Below are positions 21,672 to 29,274 of a stretch of DNA of 43,175 bases, piece after piece. Origin of the DNA: an uncultured Phycisphaerales bacterium. GTDB lineage: Bacteria; Planctomycetota; Phycisphaerae; UBA1845. Positions within the stretch are counted from its first letter, which is position 1. Each line of letters opens with the position of its first letter. The position numbers and the translations under genes were made by a program. The stretch lies in NCBI GenBank assembly GCA_965371725.1, contig CBDUZO010000027.1:1-43175 (forward strand). Reading direction: 5' to 3'. The notes under the pieces are model-generated. The model saw only the letters and a list, made by a program, of their open reading frames with translations, did no database searches and had not been told where the DNA came from.

Positions 21672-22382
21672 TTGGGTCGTGTCGTGGTCATGACGGGTGG
21701 GGGGATCAAGGGGGCGGTGGCGGCAGCCTGCTGCGGTCGCGGCGAGGAGTTCGTCTTCTTTCACGTCAATTACGGTCAGCCGTCCGCCAACGCCGAGCGG
21801 AACGCGATCCAGGCTTTGTGTGCCTCCCTGCCGGTAGCCCACCTGGTCGGCGTCGATATGCCCCACGTCGGGCAGATCAGCAAGCGGCTGGAAGAGCAGC
21901 GAGAACCCGTAGCTCCCGCCGGTGAGCGGGATCGGTCCGAGGCGCATGCGTCGACGCCGGCGCTCCAGGGGTTGATGCCGGTGTTCATCCTGGCGGCGGG
22001 TCAATGTGCGATGCAGGTTGGGGCGTTAAGGGTTGTGGTCGGTTTGTCGCAGCACGTCAGCGCAGAGCACCTCGGCCTGCCGACGGCGGACGGTCGACCG
22101 GACAGACCACGGGAGCTTCTCCACGCTCTTTCGTTCGTATTTGAGATCATCGCACCGCAAGGACCGGGCGCCCTGATCGAGTATCCGCTGATCGACCGCA
22201 CCTACGAGGAAATAATCAAGCTGGCGGACCACTTTACCGTCCCGCTCGAGCATACATGGAGCTGTGGGCGGTCGGGGCCAAGGCCGTGCGGGCGGTGTGC
22301 CAGGTGTGCAGCCAGGGCGGAGGCGTTTGCCGCAGCCCGGCTTGGTGACCCCCTATCAAGCACCGTGCCCAACAGTGTGTGA
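21672..22382 (+). CDS. QueC-like protein (7-cyano-7-deazaguanine synthase family) with non-canonical PP-loop
   Basis: Collinear with QueC. VVVMTGGG aligns to the QueC VVLLSGGxDS region, HVNYGQ to FNYGQRH, GVDMPHV to VLDMSLL, and the C-terminal Cys cluster CGRSGPRPCGRCARC to the QueC zinc site. The SGGxDS PP-loop is replaced by TGGGIKG. The start is TTG 21672 (alternative ATG 21690). Confidence 0.65.
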   Translation: MGRVVVMTGGGIKGAVAAACCGRGEEFVFFHVNYGQPSANAERNAIQALCASLPVAHLVGVDMPHVGQISKRLEEQREPVAPAGERDRSEAHASTPALQGLMPVFILAAGQCAMQVGALRVVVGLSQHVSAEHLGLPTADGRPDRPRELLHALSFVFEIIAPQGPGALIEYPLIDRTYEEIIKLADHFTVPLEHTWSCGRSGPRPCGRCARCAARAEAFAAARLGDPLSSTVPNSV

Positions 22383-22456
22383 TCCACTGCGCGCGGACGC
22401 GGGGCCACAGAGGAGGGGTGGATGATCCTCGAGGGCGCGTGCAGTGCCGAGTCGTG

Positions 22457-24016
22457 TCACTCCCGGCCGTCGGCCCCCCGTCGAACCCACAGGTTGTAGT
22501 TTTCCACGGCGCCGCGCGGTTCGTACGCGCCGAGGGTATCGAGAAGCTCCCCGTAGCACGCTTCTTTGCACCACGGGTCGAAGTAGGGTGATGGGCCGTC
22601 GGGGATGAGGATCGTATGAGCCTTTCCGGCGTTGAGGCCGGCGAGGATCTCCTGCATCTGGTCCTGCGATCGTGGAAACGCGAACCGGCAAGCGGATCGC
22701 CGTGAGGCGTGGACGTAGATGCCTGCATCGTAGGACCAGGCGTAGATTCGATCATCCTTGGGGACCATCTGGTCGAGTCGTTGTCCGATCTTCCGGAGGC
22801 GGGTGCGCTGGGCGTCCCCCGTCACGAGCGTGTCGTATGAGGTGGCCAGGCCGTACGCGTAGTGGCTCACAAGCGGTCCGCCCAGCAGCAGCAACAGAGC
22901 GAGTGACATGATCGCCACCGCGGCACGATGGCCGCGCCGAAGCCGCAGGAAAACCTCCTCGATGTGCAGGAACCCAAGGGCGGCCAGCCACAGCATGGGC
23001 GGAAACGCCGCCTGCCAGTAACGCATCGATCGGCTCGGGCCCAGTAAGGCGAGCAAGACCTGCCCCACCCACCAAAGCAACAGTACGAACACCGCGGCGC
23101 GTGACACCTGGTTGACACGACCACCTCGGAATGTGGCGACGGTTCCGACAAGGGCCAGGAATAGGCCGAGTTGAAGGGGCTCGAGCCCGTCGCGCTGCCG
23201 AATCCATGATGTGGCGGCATCGAGCAGGGCGGACCCGGTGAAGAGCCCCGTATTGAAGTCGAAGATTGCCTCCCGGGCCGGCGTGAGCGTGCCGCGATGC
23301 GCCAGCACGCCGACCACCACCGCGAGCCCGAGTGCAAAGCCCGTCCACGTCAGCGCGGCCGACATTGCCCAACGGCCTCGATCCGGCCGATGGAACACAG
23401 CCATCGTGAGTGTCACGATCGTGACGCTCAACAATCCGACACACGCCGTCTGCTTCACGGTGAGCGCTGCCGCAAAGAGCACGCCTGCGATCAGACCCGC
23501 CACGGCGCAACCACGAGCCCCGGGGGCGACCAGTGCCACAAGCCACACCGAACCGGCGCAGAGTTCGAGACAGGAAGAGTAGAAGTCCGGGTTGATCGAC
23601 GCGCCATCGTAGAGCCTCAGTGTGAAGACGACCGAACCCAGAAGCACGGTCAAGGCGGATGTGAGCGGGCTGAGGGTGCGGTGCAGGGCCCACCCGGCGA
23701 CGATCAGGGCAAGAACCAGTGTGACCCCGGGCAGCACCCATGCCCCTATCTGTCGCCCGCCCGTCAGCAGGATTCCCAATGCGTTGATCCAGGCGATACC
23801 CGGTGGCTTGTTCTCCCAACAGTCGACGTACATGCGCCCGCCGTCGTGGACGCATTGGCCGAGGTTGATGAGCTGATACTGGTCGTTCCGAAGATCGGCT
23901 GCGTAGCTGCTCCACGTGCCGGCGGCGATGAGCACGAGGCTGGCGATCCACGCCAGGAGGATCAACACCCGTGCGAGGGAGAATGGTTTCTTTGGGCGCT
24001 TCGGGTTCTCTGTCAT
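22457..24016 (-). CDS. Membrane glycosyltransferase, GT39/GT83-like (PMT/ArnT fold)
   Basis: More than 10 predicted TM helices. N-terminal loop has the DGGRMYVDCWENKPPG motif reminiscent of the PMT/ArnT DxD-like loop. Size ~519 aa. Confidence 0.65.
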   Translation of the reverse strand: MTENPKRPKKPFSLARVLILLAWIASLVLIAAGTWSSYAADLRNDQYQLINLGQCVHDGGRMYVDCWENKPPGIAWINALGILLTGGRQIGAWVLPGVTLVLALIVAGWALHRTLSPLTSALTVLLGSVVFTLRLYDGASINPDFYSSCLELCAGSVWLVALVAPGARGCAVAGLIAGVLFAAALTVKQTACVGLLSVTIVTLTMAVFHRPDRGRWAMSAALTWTGFALGLAVVVGVLAHRGTLTPAREAIFDFNTGLFTGSALLDAATSWIRQRDGLEPLQLGLFLALVGTVATFRGGRVNQVSRAAVFVLLLWWVGQVLLALLGPSRSMRYWQAAFPPMLWLAALGFLHIEEVFLRLRRGHRAAVAIMSLALLLLLGGPLVSHYAYGLATSYDTLVTGDAQRTRLRKIGQRLDQMVPKDDRIYAWSYDAGIYVHASRRSACRFAFPRSQDQMQEILAGLNAGKAHTILIPDGPSPYFDPWCKEACYGELLDTLGAYEPRGAVENYNLWVRRGADGRE

Positions 24017-24228
24017 TGTCCAGGTGCCGTCGGTTTACGGTCCCTCCAGTGCACGTGTCGCTATTTTTATCGAGCGGCGGCGAGGGCGACGCGTGTGGGC
24101 CGCTAGAGCGAGAGTATACCACGACTGTGGCGTTGGGTGCGGTAGGGTCCATCGTGTGGCGGGGGTACGGCGAAACCGTGCCGTTGCGGCTTGACATCGT
24201 CCTTGGGTCCGTGGAAAGTGGGCCTATC

Positions 24229-24786
24229 ATGGCCAAGCGGGACTCCGATCGACAGCTCGAGGCGGACCTGATGACGATCCTGCAGCCGTGCTTTGCCGGC
24301 ATTACCGTTTCGGTGGGGCACAGCGAGCGGTGGGATCGCACGAGCGCCACGTTCCGCTGGCCGGGGTTCGCCGATCTGCTGCCCGAAGAGCGGTTTCACC
24401 GGCTGATCCGGGTGATTCCCGAGGATGTCCGCCGGACGCGGATGGGCGGGGTCGTATGGGTGGAGTTGGCCGGCGATGAGACGATCGATCAATACCTGAA
24501 GCTGCCGCGAAGCGAGGACCTGGGCGCGAAGGAGCGAGACATCTTCGCCCGGCTTAATCGTGTCGGTTTCTTTGCGGCATTGGCTGCGCTGCTCGGTCCT
24601 ACGCCGGAGGCGCGCTGCGAGGGTGATTTCTCCAGGTCTGTCACCGTGCTGTCGAGGAAAAACGTCTCCGACGAGCACGTCCGTCAGGCGAAGCTCCTTT
24701 TCATCCGGCACGGCGTGTACTGCGACTGTCAGGTCCTGCCATTGGCGAAGCACGCACCGGCGGACAAGCGCGCGGAGGTCCTGTAG
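24229..24786 (+). CDS. Hypothetical protein
   Basis: ORF with in-genome-like codon usage that does not overlap the neighbouring gene when started at MAKRDSD. No recognisable domain. Confidence 0.4.
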   Translation: MAKRDSDRQLEADLMTILQPCFAGITVSVGHSERWDRTSATFRWPGFADLLPEERFHRLIRVIPEDVRRTRMGGVVWVELAGDETIDQYLKLPRSEDLGAKERDIFARLNRVGFFAALAALLGPTPEARCEGDFSRSVTVLSRKNVSDEHVRQAKLLFIRHGVYCDCQVLPLAKHAPADKRAEVL

Positions 24787-24826
24787 CCGCCGGTCCAATC
24801 GCACCACCGAATCACTGTGACGTCGA

Positions 24827-25960
24827 ATGCTCGAATTCTCCGTAACGTGTCAGGACGGTTCGGCCCGTAGCGGGATGCTCACGACACCGCACGGGCGAGT
24901 GGAAACACCCGTCTTCATGCCGGTCGGGACTGCCGGGTCGATTAAGGGTGTGACACCGACGCAACTTCGTGGGACCGGGACCGAGATGATTCTGGCGAAC
25001 ACCTATCATCTTCAGCTTCGGCCGACGGCTGACATCGTGGCTGAGCTCGGCGGGCTGCACCGCTTCATGGGTTGGGACGGCCCGATTCTCACGGACAGCG
25101 GCGGATACCAGGTGTTCTCCCTGACCGGGATCAACAAGATCACCGATGATGGTGTCGCGTTTCGTTCGCACATCGACGGCGCGCCGATGCGCCTTGATCC
25201 GAAGATCGCGACCGAAGTGCAGAACAAGCTCGGCGCCGATGTGATCATGGTCTTCGATGATTGCCCGCCGCTGCCGTGTGAGCGGGCGCGGCTGGAGACA
25301 GCCGTTGCGCGGACGATCCGTTGGGCTGCGCGGTGCAGGCAGGTCCATGCACGGTCTGATCAGGCGCTGTTCGGGATCGTTCAGGGCGGACTTGACATCG
25401 AGCTTCGCAAGCGGTGCGCCGAGGCGCTGATCGAGATCGGGTTCGACGGGTATGCCGTCGGCGGCCTGTCCGTTGGTGAGACGCATGAGCAGATGACGTC
25501 CGTGCTCGGCCCGATCACAGACGCCCTGCCGTCCGACCGTCCCAGGTATCTGATGGGCGTCGGAACGCCGCGTGACATTCTGGCTGCGGTGCGGACGGGG
25601 GTGGACATGTTCGATTGCGTGCTTCCGACACGGAACGGCCGCAACAGTTGGGCGTTTACAGCCGCCGGACCGCTGAAGATGCGGAATGAGAGGTACCGCG
25701 GCGACGATCAGCCGCTGGAGGCGGGGTGCGATTGCGAGACTTGCAAAAGGTTTTCCCGAGGTTACATTCGTCACCTCTTTAACGCCGGTGAGATGCTGGG
25801 TCCGACGCTGACGTCGATCCACAACCTCCGGTTTTATCAGAGATTCATGTCGCGGATTCGTGATTTGATCCGCGACGGCCGGCTCGGCGGGATCGTGCAC
25901 GAGTATCCGATTACGGCCGTAGACGCGCCGATGTCCGATCAGATTGAGGAAGACCTATGA
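24827..25960 (+). CDS. tgt: Queuine tRNA-ribosyltransferase (tRNA-guanine transglycosylase)
   Basis: Matches the TGT family end to end (HGRVETPVFMPVGT, ILANTYHL, zinc site CDCETCKRFSRGYIRHL). Followed by yajC as in many bacteria. Confidence 0.9.
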   Translation: MLEFSVTCQDGSARSGMLTTPHGRVETPVFMPVGTAGSIKGVTPTQLRGTGTEMILANTYHLQLRPTADIVAELGGLHRFMGWDGPILTDSGGYQVFSLTGINKITDDGVAFRSHIDGAPMRLDPKIATEVQNKLGADVIMVFDDCPPLPCERARLETAVARTIRWAARCRQVHARSDQALFGIVQGGLDIELRKRCAEALIEIGFDGYAVGGLSVGETHEQMTSVLGPITDALPSDRPRYLMGVGTPRDILAAVRTGVDMFDCVLPTRNGRNSWAFTAAGPLKMRNERYRGDDQPLEAGCDCETCKRFSRGYIRHLFNAGEMLGPTLTSIHNLRFYQRFMSRIRDLIRDGRLGGIVHEYPITAVDAPMSDQIEEDL

Positions 25961-26322
25961 ACCTTCTTATGGCAGTTCTCGCCCAGACGCAGCAGGCGCC
26001 GTCGACGCCGCCGACGGGTCAACCGTCAGCCGGTCCGTCGTTCTTCATCCTTGCCTTGATGTTTGCGATGGTGGCGTTCATCTTTCTCAGCTCGCGAACT
26101 CAGAAGAAGCGCGAGAAGCGCGAGCGCAATGAGTTGCACGCCACGCTGGCCAAGAACCACCGCGTCCTGACCGTTGGCGGCGTGATCGGTACCGTCGTCT
26201 CCGTCAAGGATAGCGAGGTCGTGCTCAAGGTCGATGAGTCCACCAACACGAAGATGACCTTTCTCAAGACGGCCATCCAGCGCATCGTCGAAGACGAGCC
26301 CACAACACTCGGGAAGCCGTAG
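25957..26322 (+). CDS. yajC: Preprotein translocase subunit YajC
   Basis: Single TM helix followed by the conserved YajC core (LHATLAKNHRVLTVGGVIGTVVSV). Its start overlaps the tgt stop by 4 nt. Confidence 0.85.
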   Translation: MNLLMAVLAQTQQAPSTPPTGQPSAGPSFFILALMFAMVAFIFLSSRTQKKREKRERNELHATLAKNHRVLTVGGVIGTVVSVKDSEVVLKVDESTNTKMTFLKTAIQRIVEDEPTTLGKP

Positions 26323-26355
26323 ACAACACGAAGCGATCCTAAGACTGCGGGATAG

Positions 26356-26667
26356 GTGGGACCGACTTTCCGGTCGGTGGGCGCCCCATCCTTTTCGTTG
26401 GGAAAGGGTGGCGGACAGGCCCGTTCGATCGGTTTGCTCTCCTGTTTGCCTCCCACCGCAGATGGCGAGGTCAACATCGATGACATCCTCGCGGGGATCG
26501 CGGCGTTTCAATCGAACAACAACGACCCGTTGACCTGGTTCGACATTGCCCCCGCGTTTGGAGACGGTGTTCCGAACCAGATGGTCGACATCGACGACAT
26601 CCTCGCGAATATCCAGGGCTTCCAGTCCAAAGCGTATCCCGGCCTTGGGCCGTTGGATTGCCCGTAG
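26356..26667 (+). CDS. Orphan dockerin-like double-repeat ORF (possible small protein or gene remnant)
   Basis: Two tandem segments, DGEVNIDDILAGIAAFQS and NQMVDIDDILANIQGFQS, with dockerin/EF-hand-like spacing. No signal peptide and a non-ATG start. Confidence 0.25.
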   Translation: MGPTFRSVGAPSFSLGKGGGQARSIGLLSCLPPTADGEVNIDDILAGIAAFQSNNNDPLTWFDIAPAFGDGVPNQMVDIDDILANIQGFQSKAYPGLGPLDCP

Positions 26668-26697
26668 CGGCGCGTGTTTCTGTTCAAACGAAGAGTA

Positions 26698-26724
26698 CCC
26701 CGGGCCGTCCTTCGGGGCGGCCCG
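26698..26724 (+). terminator. GC-rich hairpin with a TTCG loop downstream of yajC and the dockerin-like ORF
   Basis: CGGGCCGTCC-TTCG-GGGCGGCCCG followed by GTTCTAA. Confidence 0.3.
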
Positions 26725-27081
26725 TTCTAACGGCCGAGCGGGTCACACAGGAACGCCACGAGAACCTCAAGGGCATCGTGGCCGACGCGGACTTGGATGC
26801 GACGCTCGTCCGGGTATCAGGCTTATGTTGCACTGGGATTCGACCGGTGCGGCGGGCTTCCTCGTCCGAGCTTCGGGGATTCTGTTGGATCGGAAATCTC
26901 GTCAGCTCCACCCAGATACATCAAGCGTGCCAGTCCGGTGTTGGGGGGCACGCTGGCAGGTGTAGGATCAGCTCGCCGGAGCACTTGTAGTCCGCGGCTA
27001 ACACGGTACATTATGGTGCCTTTGTGTCACCGCTTGAGTAGCCCGGAGATCCAAAGACGCGTCTTGAAAGGAGCAGGGAAG

Positions 27082-29274
27082 ATGGCCACTGGGAATCTCA
27101 CAACTCTCGCTGTTCTCGCGCTGAGTCTTGCCTTCGTTTCTGGAGCCAGCGCCAACACAATTCACGTGGACGACGATGCGCTAAACGACCCAGGACCCGG
27201 TGATCCAGCCGTGAGCGATCCATTGGAGGACGGTTCGGCCGAACATCCGTTCGACGCCATCCAGGAGGGGATCGACCAGGCTGTCGACGGTGACGAGGTA
27301 GTCGTCGCGGATGGGCTCTACACGGGCGATGGCAACTTTTACGTCGTCGACTTCGATGGTAAGGCGATCACACTTCGTTCTGCGAACGGCCCCGAGACTT
27401 GCGTGGTCGATTGCGAGGGCCACGAGCACGGCCTCTTGTTCTGGAACGGCGAGACCACGTCCTCCGTTTTGGACGGGTTCACGATCCGGAATTGCCATGG
27501 GGGTAACGGGGGGGCGGTGAGCTGCTGGAACAGCAGCCCAACGATCACCAACTGCTCCATTACCGGAAACTCGGCAGGTGAGGGTGGTGCCGGCATCGAC
27601 TGCTACGACAACAGCAGCCCGATGATCGCCAACTGCGTTATTACCGGAAACACGGGGGGGTGGGGGGGCGGTGGCATTGCTTGTGGGTCCAGCACGACGA
27701 TCACCAACTGCACGATTACGAGAAACACGGTGATAGAAGGAGGCAGTGGCATTGCTTGTGGGCCCAGCACGACGATCACCAACTGCATTGTGTGGGGCAA
27801 CGCGCCGAACCAAATTGCCGGCAGCCCTACGGTAAGGTACTGCGACGTGCAAGGCGGCTGGGCAGGCGACGGGAACATCAACGCTGATCCGCTGTTCGTG
27901 CCCGGACCGGCTGGCTGCTTCTATCTGAGTCAGACGGGTGCGGGACAGGCTGTCGATAGCCCATGTGTCGACACGGGGAGCGACACGGCTGTGAATCTCG
28001 GGCTTGATACGTTGACCACGCGGTCTGACGAAGTGACCGACACCGGCATCGTCGATATGGGCTATCACTACCCGGTAACGGGGCTGCCGCTTCTCATGGG
28101 TGACTACGATCGAGACCTCGATGTTGACTTGGCTGATTTCGCGGAGCTTCAGAACTGTTTCACCGGTGAGGGTCCGAGCGAAGTAAGCCCCTGCTGTCGC
28201 ATCTTCGACTTTGAGCCGGACGACGATGTGGATCTCGACGACTACGCATTGTTCCAAGGTGCGTTTGCCGAGACGTGCGGCAATGGCGTGATCGAACAGG
28301 GCGAACAGTGCGAACCGCCGAACACCGACACCTGCGATGAGTACTGCCAGACGATCGGTGGAAGCGTCGCCAACGACTCGTGCAGCAGTCCGACGATGGT
28401 TGTGGACGGCACCACGATCAGTATCACCAACCAAGGCGCGACGACGGACGGACCGGACGAGCCGACAGCCTGCGACTTCTTTGGATACACGCACGTCGAA
28501 TCCGACGTCTGGTACTGCTATACAGCCACCTGCACCGACCTCGTGACCGTGAGCCTTTGCGGTAGCAGTTATGACACCAAGGTGGCTGTCTACCATGCGT
28601 GCGAGTGTCCCACGCAGGCCGCCTTTGCTTGCAGCGATGACAACTGTGGGATCGGCTCTGGTTCCCGCGTGCAGTTCATGGGGATTGCAGGGGAGGATTA
28701 TCTGATTCGCGTTGGCGGGTTCGACGGGGCGCAGGGAGACGGGTTTATGACAATTCTCTGCGGGACGCCGCCCTCTTGCACCGACGGGGAAGGTGATTGC
28801 TTCGCAGACAATGGGTCTCCTGCGTGCGATGATGAGGAGTGCTGTGAAGCCGTCTGTGCCGTCGATCAATACTGCTGCGACGTGACGTGGGATGACTGGT
28901 GCGCCGGCGAGGCGGAGGGTCTCTGCGGCGGCATCTATCCTGCCTGCGTCGATGGGACCGGCGACTGCTTCACGGCCCACGGCACCGCCGGCTGTGATGA
29001 TGAGACCTGCTGCCAGAGTGTGTGCCTCTTCGATCCCTACTGCTGCCTGATGGAGTGGGACGACACGTGCGTGGCCGAGGCGAATGAGCGATGTGGCGAT
29101 TTCCTGATCTGCGGGTTGTCCACCGAAAGCTGCCTCGTGCCGCATCGCGATCCCGGCTGTAGCGATGGGGACTGCTGCCGGGAAGTCTGCTCACAGATTC
29201 CGGATTGCTGTCTGGTCGAGTGGACGCCCGAGTGCGTGGACGCGGCCAACGCCGCGCCGGACGTCTGTCGCTGA
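27082..29274 (+). CDS. Large secreted right-handed beta-helix protein with a dockerin-like segment and three C-terminal Cys-rich repeats
   Basis: AAAGGAG SD before ATG 27082. Signal peptide MATGNLTTLAVLALSLAFVSGASA. Parallel beta-helix repeats (NCSITGNSAGEGGAGIDC, NCVITGNTGGWGGGGIAC, NCTITRNTVIEGGSGIAC). Dockerin-like DYDRDLDVDLADFAELQNCF...DDDVDLDDYALFQGAF. Three ~50-aa repeats, each with about 8-10 Cys in the pattern C..CC...C.....CC...W....C. Confidence 0.75.
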   Translation: MATGNLTTLAVLALSLAFVSGASANTIHVDDDALNDPGPGDPAVSDPLEDGSAEHPFDAIQEGIDQAVDGDEVVVADGLYTGDGNFYVVDFDGKAITLRSANGPETCVVDCEGHEHGLLFWNGETTSSVLDGFTIRNCHGGNGGAVSCWNSSPTITNCSITGNSAGEGGAGIDCYDNSSPMIANCVITGNTGGWGGGGIACGSSTTITNCTITRNTVIEGGSGIACGPSTTITNCIVWGNAPNQIAGSPTVRYCDVQGGWAGDGNINADPLFVPGPAGCFYLSQTGAGQAVDSPCVDTGSDTAVNLGLDTLTTRSDEVTDTGIVDMGYHYPVTGLPLLMGDYDRDLDVDLADFAELQNCFTGEGPSEVSPCCRIFDFEPDDDVDLDDYALFQGAFAETCGNGVIEQGEQCEPPNTDTCDEYCQTIGGSVANDSCSSPTMVVDGTTISITNQGATTDGPDEPTACDFFGYTHVESDVWYCYTATCTDLVTVSLCGSSYDTKVAVYHACECPTQAAFACSDDNCGIGSGSRVQFMGIAGEDYLIRVGGFDGAQGDGFMTILCGTPPSCTDGEGDCFADNGSPACDDEECCEAVCAVDQYCCDVTWDDWCAGEAEGLCGGIYPACVDGTGDCFTAHGTAGCDDETCCQSVCLFDPYCCLMEWDDTCVAEANERCGDFLICGLSTESCLVPHRDPGCSDGDCCREVCSQIPDCCLVEWTPECVDAANAAPDVCR

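Noticed and set aside
22752-24350. 532-aa minus-strand ORF, and also 23297..24106 on the plus strand
   Set aside because: Alternative frames over the GT39-like membrane protein gene. The translations are Arg/Pro/Gly-rich and low-complexity, typical of out-of-frame GC-rich sequence.
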